A DNA stretch of 64,000 bases from Candidatus Eiseniibacteriota bacterium. Its GTDB lineage: Bacteria; Eisenbacteria; RBG-16-71-46; CAIMUX01; VGJL01. The translations under genes were made by a program, and so were the position numbers. Each line of letters starts with the position of its first letter. Position 1 is the stretch's first letter. The DNA lies in NCBI GenBank assembly GCA_963792585.1, contig CAWBWI010000002.1, positions 160,001 to 224,000 on the forward strand, given 5' to 3'. Under the pieces are notes generated by a model. The model was given only the letters and a program-made list of their open reading frames with translations. It searched no databases and was not told the DNA's origin. This document shows, in pieces, positions 44,046 through 53,621 of this stretch.

Positions 44046-44329
44046 TCGGGGTGTACCGCCGCGGATGGTTCGCGGCCGGCGAGTTCGGTAAGGACAAGGC
44101 GATCGTCACGCACGTGACGCACAGCGACTGGTACCAGAAGAACTTCTATCCCGGCGCCAAGAACGGATGGTACCTCGATACGGGTGGAACCTTCCATTAC
44201 GGCCTGGCGGCCGGCCTCGCGCTGGGCAGGGCGGAGTTGGTCGGGCGCTTCGGCTGGGCTCGGACCGAGGACTTCAACGAACTGGTGCCGCCTTTGTACG
44301 GGAGCGCGGGGGTGGGGTTCGGGATGTGA
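44046..44329 (+). pseudogene. 3' fragment of a probable outer-membrane beta-barrel gene
   Basis: WFAAGEFG..TGGTFHYGLAAG..LYGSAGVGFGM*; no RBS or signal peptide. Confidence 0.45.
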
Positions 44330-44401
44330 TGCGAAGATGGCGTCGATGCCCCCGGGCGGTTTCCCAAGGGCTCGGCGCGACATGCCTACCGCGCGGTTGG
44401 G

Positions 44402-45871
44402 CTACCCCGTGATCCCGGTCGCGAGACGGTCGCGAAGGGTCTCGGTGAAGACCATGAACCGCCAGACGTCCGCGAAGTTGGATGCAAGTCCGAGTGAGAC
44501 ACGAATCGTGTTGGGGACTTTGCCGGATGCATCCTGGATGAGACGCTGGCAGTCAAGCAAGGTGACCGGAATCTCCGGCTCGGAAAAGCATTCGGCCATC
44601 TCGTCCCGGCTGATGTCGTGAGCCACTTCGCCGTCGCCGGGATTGCAGAAGCAGCCCGTGCGTACGGAGATGTGCTCGAGCCCGGCGAGTTCCTCGACGC
44701 GTTGCACGTCGTAAACGACGCCGCCCGGATCCAGAAGGTAGAAGGCGATGGTGGCGCCGCGGCGCTCCATCGTCTCAGGGCCGAACAGACGCACCATCGG
44801 AGCGCCGTTGGAGTGACGCATCGCGGACATTTCGTCGAGAAGCCAAGCAGCAAGGGAGACGACCCGCGCGTGCACGGTGTCGAGACCGATATCGGTCAGG
44901 TGGCGCAGACCGATTGTGAGCGCGGGCAGTCCCAGGTAGTCGACGGTGCCGTCCTCGAATCCGGCGTGGCCGGGCGCTAGGTGGTGCCAGCCCGCGCCCT
45001 GCACGGACGCGATGGTGATGGTGCCACCGGAGAACCACGGACGCCGCAGCGAGGCGAGCGCCTCGCGTCGAGCCAGCAGCGCGCCGGCTCCGGTGGGATA
45101 ACCGAACATCTTGTAGAACGAGAGGGTGACAAAGTCGGGTTGCACTTCGGAGAGGTCGAGCCGGTTGGTGGGTACAAAGGCCGCCGAGTCCAGCAAGACA
45201 TGCCAGCCTTCCGACCGCGCCAGGGCGACCCACTCGAGCGGATGCTGCACGCCGCTGAAGTTCGACTGCGCGGGATAGGCGAAGAGCCGGGGGTGTTCCC
45301 GGGCCGCAGTCTGCAGGTGATGGCGTACCAGATGCTCGTCCAGGCGCAGATCGGGGTTGCGCACCGGTACGTAGATGACCTGCGCGCCGTTCCGCCGCGC
45401 GTACTCACGAACGCCGTTGACGGAGTTGTGATTGTCGTAGGAAAGCAGATAGGTTCCGCCGGGTTCGAACGGGAACGCCTCTCCGATGAGCTTCAGCGCC
45501 CCACTCGCGTTCGAGGTGAATACAACATCGTATTCATCCGTGGAGGCATGAAAGAAGTCGAGCACGCTCGCCCTCGCCTCCTCGACGAGCTCCGTTGCGG
45601 CCAGCGAGGTCGGATTGCGCGAGTGCGGATTGCCAAAGACCCCGGTCGCGAGGAGGTCATGGTGGGCGCGAATCTGCGACTCGCCATAGAGGCCGCCGCC
45701 GGTGTAGTCGAGATAAGTATGGCCCTGGGCGTCGAGCCGGGCGTAGTCACGAGCCCGGTAGGTGTCGATCCGGCTGGTCGTGCCATAGCCGGGGTGCGCG
45801 AGGGTGAAGGCCGCAAACGCCTCTGCGTAGCGCCCGGAATGGTAACGCGTGTCGGACGAGGTTGGGGACAC
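44402..45871 (-). CDS. Class V PLP aminotransferase, molybdenum-cofactor-sulfurase/cysteine-desulfurase-like
   Basis: YLDYTGGGLY, GNPHS, DNHNSVNG, YPAQSNFSG, SFYKMFGYPTG (PLP Lys), RTGCFCNPG. GTG start after GAGGAG. Confidence 0.85.
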   Translation of the reverse strand: MSPTSSDTRYHSGRYAEAFAAFTLAHPGYGTTSRIDTYRARDYARLDAQGHTYLDYTGGGLYGESQIRAHHDLLATGVFGNPHSRNPTSLAATELVEEARASVLDFFHASTDEYDVVFTSNASGALKLIGEAFPFEPGGTYLLSYDNHNSVNGVREYARRNGAQVIYVPVRNPDLRLDEHLVRHHLQTAAREHPRLFAYPAQSNFSGVQHPLEWVALARSEGWHVLLDSAAFVPTNRLDLSEVQPDFVTLSFYKMFGYPTGAGALLARREALASLRRPWFSGGTITIASVQGAGWHHLAPGHAGFEDGTVDYLGLPALTIGLRHLTDIGLDTVHARVVSLAAWLLDEMSAMRHSNGAPMVRLFGPETMERRGATIAFYLLDPGGVVYDVQRVEELAGLEHISVRTGCFCNPGDGEVAHDISRDEMAECFSEPEIPVTLLDCQRLIQDASGKVPNTIRVSLGLASNFADVWRFMVFTETLRDRLATGITG

Positions 45872-46039
45872 GACGACTCCTCGGTTGGACTTCCTGACAG
45901 GCTCATCTGTGAGTCGAGAATCGACAGCCGAACCGTTCGGTACGGGCCCGATCCCGAATGACGGTAACCCATGGTGATCGGGGCGAAAAGACGGACGTGG
46001 GGGCTTTGCCACGACGATAGGGCGAGTCGGCCAGGCAGA

Positions 46040-47392
46040 TCAGCCGCACCCTCCCTTTGCAACCGCCCTTCTCTCAACCTTGACCTTCCTCACGTAGTCG
46101 CGCCTCGGTGGGTTTCCGCCGGTGAACGTCGGATCGGCCGAACCCCCCGGACCCGCCGTGGACGCCATCGCGCAGTCGGGGACATACTCCCGGCGTGCGA
46201 CTTCGGGATGAGCCGAAGGGCTCAGCTCGCCGACGGCGACGAGGAATCGGTAGTGGAGCATCTCGTCAACCCCGATCCCGTCGACGGTACTGACCTGCTC
46301 GCTCCCTTCGCTTCCGTCGACACGCAGCGCGACGCAGGGGCCGACGGGATAGGCCTCCAGCCAGTGGTTGATCCCTCCCTCGATCACGTAGAGGTTCAGC
46401 ACGCCCTGCGCCTTCAATCTCTTCCACGCCTCGACGGCGTCCCTTTCCCCGTTGCTGACCAGAAACACGATCGTGTTGTCGGCGTCGTCGAGGAGATTGC
46501 GGACCAGATCTGCGGCCGTCGTGGAACCCATGTCGATCCGCTCCGAGCCGGAGAGGTGGAAGAGGTTGTAGTCAGCCTCGGCGCGCACCTCCAGGATCCT
46601 GACGAGCAAGGTGAGATCCCGGCGTAAGTCGACGACCTCGGCAGGGTCCACGAAGATCTCGCGGCCCGCGATCTGACGATCACCATCCTTTGAGATCCAA
46701 TTCCAGCGATCCGCGACGCTCGGCTGTCCCTTGAGGATCAGGCCGAAACACAGCGCCACGAGCGACCCTGCGGCGATCAGGATGGTCCGGCGGCCCGGCA
46801 TCGATCGGCGGCCTCCGAACTTCGCCTCGGCGAGCTCCGCGAGGTAGAACATTCCGAGTGCCATCGAAACGAGAAGCAGAACGGTCACACCCGTCGGCAG
46901 TCCAAGCCAGGCCGGGAGCGTGAAGACTCCCATGGAGCTCGAATGCCACCACCTGTCGAAGAGGTGGACCGTCTCGCCGAAAGCCTGGACGCCAAAGAGG
47001 CCGCCCACCACAAACATGATTCCGTCCAGCTTCAGCGTGCCGGCGGCGACCAGTGAAGTGCCCGGACAGAATCCGCCGACGATGAACCCGACCCCCATGA
47101 TCAGCCCGCCGACGATCCCCGGCACGAGGTACGTTGGGTTGACCCAAACCCGGGCCAGATCCAGAAGCTGGAAGGCGGAGGCCAGGTGGATCAGGACAGC
47201 CGCCGTGATAATCCCGGTGAACATCACCTTGAGAACGGTCAGATCGCGCAGGTAGAACTGCGCCGCGAGCTTCCGCGAGTCCCCGAATCCGGACGACTCC
47301 AGCACGACCCCGAACCCGATCCCGAGGAGGAAGAAGGTCAGAAAGTAAGCGATTCCGCCGGCATGCAAGGCGAGATTGAAGGGAGCCATCAT
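46040..47392 (-). CDS. YeeE/YedE sulfur transporter fused to rhodanese-like domain with C-terminal GGCG
   Basis: GFGVVLESSGFGDSRKLAAQFY, GFCPGTS; EVR..YNLFHL..NLYVIEGGINHW; ends KVKVERRAVAKGGCG. Confidence 0.85.
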   Translation of the reverse strand: MMAPFNLALHAGGIAYFLTFFLLGIGFGVVLESSGFGDSRKLAAQFYLRDLTVLKVMFTGIITAAVLIHLASAFQLLDLARVWVNPTYLVPGIVGGLIMGVGFIVGGFCPGTSLVAAGTLKLDGIMFVVGGLFGVQAFGETVHLFDRWWHSSSMGVFTLPAWLGLPTGVTVLLLVSMALGMFYLAELAEAKFGGRRSMPGRRTILIAAGSLVALCFGLILKGQPSVADRWNWISKDGDRQIAGREIFVDPAEVVDLRRDLTLLVRILEVRAEADYNLFHLSGSERIDMGSTTAADLVRNLLDDADNTIVFLVSNGERDAVEAWKRLKAQGVLNLYVIEGGINHWLEAYPVGPCVALRVDGSEGSEQVSTVDGIGVDEMLHYRFLVAVGELSPSAHPEVARREYVPDCAMASTAGPGGSADPTFTGGNPPRRDYVRKVKVERRAVAKGGCG

Positions 47393-47400
47393 GCCCTCCC

Positions 47401-47949
47401 CTAGGTCCAGAGTCGCCGGAGCGACCAGGCAAGCGCATACGCGGCGATGAAGATCGAGAACATGAACGCGAAGCTGCCCACGGAGAGCACGGCCCCGCCA
47501 CTCAGAGCCTGGCCGGATGTGCAGCCCCGGGCCATGCGGGCGCCGTAGGCCATGATGACCCCACCCAGGAATGCGGTGGCCCAACGCGCCGGAATCGAGA
47601 TACGCGGCCCACGCCGTGTCTCCAGCTTCACCCGGCGATTGAGCAGCCCGGAGAGCGTCCCACCCAGGATCGTCCCGAGCAGCATGAGGACCGACGGGTG
47701 GCTGAGCGCGTTCCGATGTCCACCACCCATCTCGGACATGTAGCCGACACGGTCTACATGGCCGGCGTCGAGCACATCGAGGACCGCAACCTGCACTCTG
47801 TTGATCGCTGCGGAGGCGCCAAGACCGTTGCCGGTGATGTAGAAGGAGAGAAACAGGACGACCCCGAGCAAGGCCCCGCCGAGATAGGGGTTGATGTACC
47901 CTCGGGGCGAGCGGGGCTTCCGCGTAGGTGCCGTGCTGATCTCAGGCAT
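47401..47949 (-). CDS. YeeE/YedE family sulfur transporter subunit
   Basis: NPYLGGALLG, GLGAS, YGARMARGCTSGQALSGG. Confidence 0.9.
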   Translation of the reverse strand: MPEISTAPTRKPRSPRGYINPYLGGALLGVVLFLSFYITGNGLGASAAINRVQVAVLDVLDAGHVDRVGYMSEMGGGHRNALSHPSVLMLLGTILGGTLSGLLNRRVKLETRRGPRISIPARWATAFLGGVIMAYGARMARGCTSGQALSGGAVLSVGSFAFMFSIFIAAYALAWSLRRLWT

Positions 47950-50260
47950 TGGATCCTCCCGTCGCCGCGTGGCGTTTCAGTTCGATTTCCTCGTATCCAT
48001 GGACCATGGAGCCGACGTTTGACAGCACGGTGCGCCCGGTCGTGGTGAGGTACACGTGGAAGCAGAAGAACGCCAGGAAGAGCCAGGCACAGAGGCTATG
48101 CAATGGCGCCACCAGGGTAAGCCCCCCCGTGGCCTGCGCCAGCTGCGGCCACCGCGATGCGCCCCAGATCAGGATGCCCGTCACCACCTGGATGGGGAAG
48201 AGCACGTTCAGGAGTGCAAGATAGGTGATCTGCTGCAGCGGGTTCAGTTTCCGTTCCGGCGTCTTCGGCGAAGGATGTGGCTGTCCGAGGAAGATCCCGC
48301 GCGCATAGTACTGCGCCTGCGCGGTGACGTTGTCGATCAGGTCCTTCCGTGGCGGCAGGAATTGCCTGATCGCACTCGTTGTGAGGTGGTAGAAGAGCGA
48401 GAGGAAGGCGTTCACCGTCAGAACGACCGCGAAGAAGTTGTGGACGGTGACCGCCTTCGGCAACGCGATGAGGTTCCAGGCGCCCGCAAAGTGAACCTGA
48501 AGCCCCGTTAGCATCAACGCGAGGATGCTCAGGCCCATGAGCCAGTGCCAGAGCCTCTCGTAAGCGGAGTACAGGTACACCCGACGGGTAGCGGCCTGCG
48601 CCGCTTCACCCTTCGCACGTCGCGAGAGGACCCGGAAGAGGGTATGAGCCATGATACCCAGGAGCGAGACGACGAAGATGGTGAAGCCAAGGCGATCGGC
48701 CCATCCGCGTCGGGAGTGGCCGAGGACGTACAGGCCGGTGGCGGGCCTGGGCACGACGGACGCGCCCTCGCGGCCGAATTCGATCCGAGCTTGGAGGCTT
48801 GGGTCGACCGACGGATCCCGAGTGGACGGGTCGGCGCCGACCGGAACGTACGACGCGAGCTCGAGCCCGGCGCTCAAGCGGGACTGGCTCCCGTGACAGC
48901 TCAGGCAGTCCCGCTGAACCTGCTCGCCCCCTTGCACCCCGTGCGTGATCGGATGAAACGAGACCTCCCGGAGGATCCTCGGATCGCCGACGCCGAGCTC
49001 GTGAAGTCGCGACCGTATCAGGTCCGTCTTGGCGACTGTGTCGAGGCGTAACTCCGCCGGGCTCAGTCGGCCGTCTTGGTTCCCGTCAAAGGCCACGAGG
49101 ACCTCAGCGTCGTAGCGATCGTCCTCGAGGTACGCCCTGACGATCAGGCTTGCCGCAAGCGCGGAGCCGCCGGGGCCGTCGGACCAGAACCAGGTGTCGA
49201 CGACGTTGAATGGAGCCAACTTGGTTCCCCCGCGGGGGTCGCTGTGGGGCAGGAGCATTGGGGAGTATCCCCGGGTGTATGCCGTACTGAGGGACCCGCT
49301 CTCCAGGAGTTCCATTCCGCGATACTGCGCGAGGGCACGCCGATCCATCGTGATCACGGTCGCGTCGATCGTCCCGGCCGCCGGGCCCATGGGGTGCGGG
49401 ACATGGCAGGCCTGGCACTCCAGCGTGTCGAAGTGCCGGCGCTTGTACGGAAGGAAGTCGTGAACCTTCAGCGGATCGTGACATGACCGGCAAGTGGCGG
49501 CCGCGAGTCGATGATTCGGCTCGTGCAGGTACTCCGAGATCGGGATCCGTCGCGGATCCTCGACGAGGAAGTCCAGCCTCGCGTGCTTCATCTCGGCCTT
49601 GGCGGGGTTGTTCGGAGAGAAGTGGCAATCGACGCAAGCAACCAGCCTCCGCGCGTGGACGTCCCAAGGGTAGGTTCGCCCCTCCTTGCCCTGCAGGTTC
49701 AAGTACGAGCGGCTGACGTCCTGCGAGGAGATGATCGCGCCCGTGTTCAAGGTGAGGTCGCAGGCCACCATCGAAGCGGAATCGGCCCTTGGACCGAATC
49801 CGGCAGGAATTGAAAGGGGATCGTCTCCTTCGTGGACGATGCCGTGGCACGAGGCGCAGTTTTCGTCGCGGGGCGCGGAGATTCGAATCGCCTCGCGACG
49901 AAGCTTTCCAGTCTCATCGTAGGCCCCCGGATCACGCGGGAATTCTCCCCCATGCAAATGGCACTCGATGCAGGTCACCTGCACGCGGTCGCTCCAGTGA
50001 TCGCTGTGGGCGTGAATGTAGTCGGCATCGTGACATGCCCCGCAGGTGGTTTCCGAAGAGGCCGGCCGGCCGGATGCCCCGACCGGCGCCCCTGTCCCGT
50101 CCAGAACGACGAAGGCGGGATGCATCGGGTTCGCTCCTGGCCCCTGCGGCGCGATCGACGTCGAGGCCTGGAAGAACGCCGGCGTCTGGGGCGCCGCGGA
50201 AACCAGTGTGCCGATCGTGCCCAGCAGAGCGAGCCCATATGCCACGGTAATTCGGGTCAT
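47942..50260 (-). CDS. Multiheme cytochrome c (7 CxxCH) fused to cytochrome b membrane anchor
   Basis: CGACH, CIECH, CASCH, CVDCH, CRSCH, CQACH, CLSCH; ERLWHW, VHN, NPLQQITY, LH..FHVYL. Confidence 0.88.
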   Translation of the reverse strand: MTRITVAYGLALLGTIGTLVSAAPQTPAFFQASTSIAPQGPGANPMHPAFVVLDGTGAPVGASGRPASSETTCGACHDADYIHAHSDHWSDRVQVTCIECHLHGGEFPRDPGAYDETGKLRREAIRISAPRDENCASCHGIVHEGDDPLSIPAGFGPRADSASMVACDLTLNTGAIISSQDVSRSYLNLQGKEGRTYPWDVHARRLVACVDCHFSPNNPAKAEMKHARLDFLVEDPRRIPISEYLHEPNHRLAAATCRSCHDPLKVHDFLPYKRRHFDTLECQACHVPHPMGPAAGTIDATVITMDRRALAQYRGMELLESGSLSTAYTRGYSPMLLPHSDPRGGTKLAPFNVVDTWFWSDGPGGSALAASLIVRAYLEDDRYDAEVLVAFDGNQDGRLSPAELRLDTVAKTDLIRSRLHELGVGDPRILREVSFHPITHGVQGGEQVQRDCLSCHGSQSRLSAGLELASYVPVGADPSTRDPSVDPSLQARIEFGREGASVVPRPATGLYVLGHSRRGWADRLGFTIFVVSLLGIMAHTLFRVLSRRAKGEAAQAATRRVYLYSAYERLWHWLMGLSILALMLTGLQVHFAGAWNLIALPKAVTVHNFFAVVLTVNAFLSLFYHLTTSAIRQFLPPRKDLIDNVTAQAQYYARGIFLGQPHPSPKTPERKLNPLQQITYLALLNVLFPIQVVTGILIWGASRWPQLAQATGGLTLVAPLHSLCAWLFLAFFCFHVYLTTTGRTVLSNVGSMVHGYEEIELKRHAATGGSNA

Positions 50261-51684
50261 GGTCGGCCTCCGGTGCGGATCGGATCTCCGCCGTACCCGA
50301 GCGCGGCCCAGTCCATCCGCGAGCGCTCTCCATGACAGTCGTTGCATTCGAGGGCCCTCTCCTTGGGTGAAACCATGTGCGAGAGGGGCCAGTACATCGC
50401 CGTCTTTGCGAATCCATAGGAGCCGCTGTACTCGATGTCCGAGGCCTGAGCGCCGAGTCTCATCGACTGGTCCCAATTGAACGTCTTCCAATATCCGCCT
50501 TCGCCTCCCGTGACCGGGGGCATGAGAATCTTGTACCTGCGGTCGAATGGTTGAAGCGCGCGATGCACCTTGAATGGCCAGATCTTCGCGGCGGGATCAT
50601 GGATATCACCCCGTGGTCTGTTGATGTCCGTGACCTGGGTCGAGTCGATCGCATCTCCGAGGAGGTAGCGATCGACGCTTTGGTTGAACCACATGTACTC
50701 CGGCACGATGTCTTGACCGTATACGAACTCGCCTTTGATCTTGAGATAGTGGTGGGCATCCTCTTCGCGATCGGGATCGCCCGCCTTGCTCCAGTCCCAG
50801 AAGGTCTTCGTTGGGAGCTTTCGCGCATAGGTGGGGATGTGGCAGGTCTGACAGGCCACGGAGCCGAGGTGAGCGTTGATCCGTTCATCGGCGTGAGGGG
50901 GCTTCCGGTGGCAATCCGTGCAGCCCACGCCGTTCGCATCCTCGACGCTTACCGAGAACGCCCGGCCCGAGACGTTGTGCTTGGTGGTGCGGTGGCAATC
51001 GATGCAGAGGAATCCATGCGCCCCCATGTGGACGTCGTCCTCGGCGGAGGGATTCTCCAGGCTGCTGTCTAGATCCCCGTGCTTCACCCCCTGGCCGCCG
51101 CCGCCGTAGCTGTGGCAGACGGAGCAGTTCTCCCGCCTCGGGAATCCCACCGATCGGGCGGCCGCCAGCAGATCGGATCCCGACGTCGGTATTCCCGAGT
51201 TGCCCTTGACGTAGGCTCCGGTTCGCTCGTGGCAGACGAGGCAGTCGATGTTCTCGGCGTTGCTGAAGTCGAACGTAGGGTCCGACCAACCGTAACCGGC
51301 ATGGCACTTCGTGCACGCGGCGTAGTTGCCGGTGACGGAGATGCAGAAGTTGTTGATGAGGTTCTTCTTCCCGATTCGTATCGGCCGGTCGTGACCCGGG
51401 ATCGTGACCTCGCCTCCCAGCCACTGCCAGTGCGCTGTCTTCATGAAATCGGTCGCCTCTTCGGGGTGACACTTCAGGCATGCCCGCGTGACCTCCTGGG
51501 GTGAGGCTAACGGACCGGTGAAGTACGGCGTGTGATCGAGGTGGCTGCGCTCCGCCCCTGTGAAGGTGACCTCGGCCCGGTCGCTTTCGTGATGGGTATG
51601 GCTCCTTGCGAGATAGATCCCGAGGGTTGTCAGGGTAAGGAGGACCGCGACCACCCAGGCCTGGAGAAATCGCGCGCGCCTCAT
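50257..51684 (-). CDS. otr: Octaheme c-type cytochrome, tetrathionate reductase (OTR) family
   Basis: Eight CxxCH; HWQW, IGKKNLINNFC, CTKCHAGYG, GGGG.GVKHGDLD, CQTCHIP, WDWSKAG, KIWPFK. Confidence 0.9.
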   Translation of the reverse strand: MRRARFLQAWVVAVLLTLTTLGIYLARSHTHHESDRAEVTFTGAERSHLDHTPYFTGPLASPQEVTRACLKCHPEEATDFMKTAHWQWLGGEVTIPGHDRPIRIGKKNLINNFCISVTGNYAACTKCHAGYGWSDPTFDFSNAENIDCLVCHERTGAYVKGNSGIPTSGSDLLAAARSVGFPRRENCSVCHSYGGGGQGVKHGDLDSSLENPSAEDDVHMGAHGFLCIDCHRTTKHNVSGRAFSVSVEDANGVGCTDCHRKPPHADERINAHLGSVACQTCHIPTYARKLPTKTFWDWSKAGDPDREEDAHHYLKIKGEFVYGQDIVPEYMWFNQSVDRYLLGDAIDSTQVTDINRPRGDIHDPAAKIWPFKVHRALQPFDRRYKILMPPVTGGEGGYWKTFNWDQSMRLGAQASDIEYSGSYGFAKTAMYWPLSHMVSPKERALECNDCHGERSRMDWAALGYGGDPIRTGGRP

Positions 51685-52118
51685 CGAGAGTTCCCGATGG
51701 TGCATTGGGCCGCGACGGAGGAGAGGGTCGTATTCTTCAGATACCGAAGCACGTCTCTCTCGAAGCCCATGATCATGCGGCCGAAGACGCACTTCTTGTC
51801 ATGTCCTCCGACACAAGTGTGACTCTGGAAGAGGCAGGGCTTGAGGACGACGGGACCTTCGATCAGCGTGTAGATCTCGAGCAGCCGGATCTGCCCGGCG
51901 CTTCTTCCGAGTGTGAACCCGCCCGTGGCGCCCCGATGGGGGGTCAAGAGACCTCCTTGGGCAAGTCGCCTGCAGACCTTGATCATGTGCGCCTCGGATG
52001 CCCGGCAGTCTCTCGCCAGACTCTTCGCACTCAACACATCTCCCCCACCCGCCGCCACGCGGGCCATCGCGTGGAGGGCGAGCGCGGCCGCTTCCGAGAA
52101 TCTGAGCAGACTCGCCAA
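51681..52118 (-). CDS. Rrf2-family transcriptional regulator (three-Cys Fe-S type)
   Basis: SEAAALALHAM, RGATGGFTL, IRLLEIY..IEG, C-X6-C-X7-C. TTG start after AGGAGG. Confidence 0.9.
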   Translation of the reverse strand: MASLLRFSEAAALALHAMARVAAGGGDVLSAKSLARDCRASEAHMIKVCRRLAQGGLLTPHRGATGGFTLGRSAGQIRLLEIYTLIEGPVVLKPCLFQSHTCVGGHDKKCVFGRMIMGFERDVLRYLKNTTLSSVAAQCTIGNSR

Positions 52119-52172
52119 CGGAACCTCCTGAGGTTGGGCCGGGCCGGCGCGCCGAAAGAGCGCGGCTTCGTC

Positions 52173-52213
52173 ATTCAGGTAAATAAGTACCGCTTTACCT
52201 GTATCGGCGTCAA
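52173..52213 (-). promoter_or_regulatory. Inverted repeat (candidate Rrf2 operator) next to a TTGACG -35
   Basis: ATtCAGGTAAA-N10-TTTACCTGtAT; an AT-rich patch upstream of rrf2. Confidence 0.65.
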
Positions 52214-52345
52214 CGCGCGAAGTCCTTATGGATGGATTAGGGCTGCTGATCCGGGTTCTTGGGAGTAGGTCGACTCCAGCCGGGACTTACCGCTGCAAGC
52301 GCGGCACGGTGCGTTCTGGACTTCAGCTCCGCCCTGTCGGGGCGC

Positions 52346-53554
52346 TCAATCCTGTGCGAGTGCCTGCTCGAGATCCTCGAGGAGATCGTCAGGGTCTTCG
52401 ATTCCGACCGAGTAGCGGACGAGACCGTCGGTGATTCCCGCCAGCAGCCGTTCCTGGGGGGGCAGTCCTGCATGGGTCATCGAGGCAGGGTGCTCGATCA
52501 AGGTCTCCACTCCGCCCAGGGACACGGCCAGCACCGCCAGCCGGACCCTGTTCATGAGGCGCTTTCCCGCCTCCAGGCCGCCCTTGAGCTCGAAGCTGAT
52601 CATCGACCCGGGGCCCTGCATTTGACGACGCGCCAGCTCGTACTGCGGATGGGAGGGCAGACCGGCGTAGCGAACCCAGGAGACCTCCTCGCGTGATTCG
52701 ATCCAGCGCGCGATCTTGCTCGCGCTCTCCTGCGCCCGGTCGATGCGAATGGCGAGTGTCTTGAGACCTCTGTGGACCAGGAAGGCCTGATGGGGGTCCA
52801 TGTTGCAGCCGGTGATGACCATGACATCCCGCAGCCTTCGATAGATCTCCTTGTCCCGGGCGACGAGGATTCCTCCGACGACGTCCGCGTGGCCGTTGAT
52901 GAACTTGGTGACCGAGTGCAGGACGACATCGGCATTCATCGTCAGGGGCTTCTGAAGATGGGGGGACGCGAAGGTGCTGTCGACGACCAGAAGCGCGCCG
53001 GCGGCATGTGCAATCTCGGCGACGGCGCGGATATCCGTGATCTGCATCATCGGGTTGGACGGCGTCTCGACAAAGACCATCCGCGTGTTCGTCCGGAGGG
53101 CAAGGCGCAGAGCCTCGATGTCGGAGGTGTCGACGAACGATGACGACACCCCGAATCTCCCGAGATGCCGCTCCATCAGCGTACGCGAGGGTCCGTAGAC
53201 CGAAGCGGTGCTGACCACGTGCGCATCGCGCTCGAGGAGCGCAAGGCAGACGGTGGAGACGGCACCCATTCCGGAACTGGTAGCGACACCGCCGACGCCC
53301 TCCTCCAGCTCCGCAACGCAATCCTCGAGTGCGCGGATGGTGGGATTGCCGATCCGGGTGTAGATGTACCCATCCGCCTTGCCGGCGAAGCGATCCGCAC
53401 CGACCTGGGTGTTCTCAAAGGCGAAGGTCGATGTTTGGTAGATGGGTGTGACGACGCTTCCGCACGGGTCCTTCGGTGCACCCGCATGGACGAGTTTCGT
53501 ATGAAATCCGGTGACCCTGCTCTTCGTTTGGTTGGTATCCGCGGCCTGACGCAA
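52346..53554 (-). CDS. Methionine gamma-lyase/cystathionine gamma-synthase family PLP enzyme
   Basis: PIYQTSTF, YTRIGNPT, SSGMGA, ETPSNP, HSVTKFINGH, VSLGGVETL..PASMTH. TTG start after AAGGAGG. Confidence 0.92.
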   Translation of the reverse strand: MRQAADTNQTKSRVTGFHTKLVHAGAPKDPCGSVVTPIYQTSTFAFENTQVGADRFAGKADGYIYTRIGNPTIRALEDCVAELEEGVGGVATSSGMGAVSTVCLALLERDAHVVSTASVYGPSRTLMERHLGRFGVSSSFVDTSDIEALRLALRTNTRMVFVETPSNPMMQITDIRAVAEIAHAAGALLVVDSTFASPHLQKPLTMNADVVLHSVTKFINGHADVVGGILVARDKEIYRRLRDVMVITGCNMDPHQAFLVHRGLKTLAIRIDRAQESASKIARWIESREEVSWVRYAGLPSHPQYELARRQMQGPGSMISFELKGGLEAGKRLMNRVRLAVLAVSLGGVETLIEHPASMTHAGLPPQERLLAGITDGLVRYSVGIEDPDDLLEDLEQALAQD

Positions 53555-53621
53555 GCGCCCCTCCTTTGATATTGGACTCACGAATGCAGCATGGATTCCA
53601 TCGCCGGCTCCGACCACGGCC

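Noticed and set aside
46037..46045. Selenocysteine read-through at GGCG-TGA
   Set aside because: No convincing SECIS or protein-like continuation; an ordinary stop is the simpler reading.
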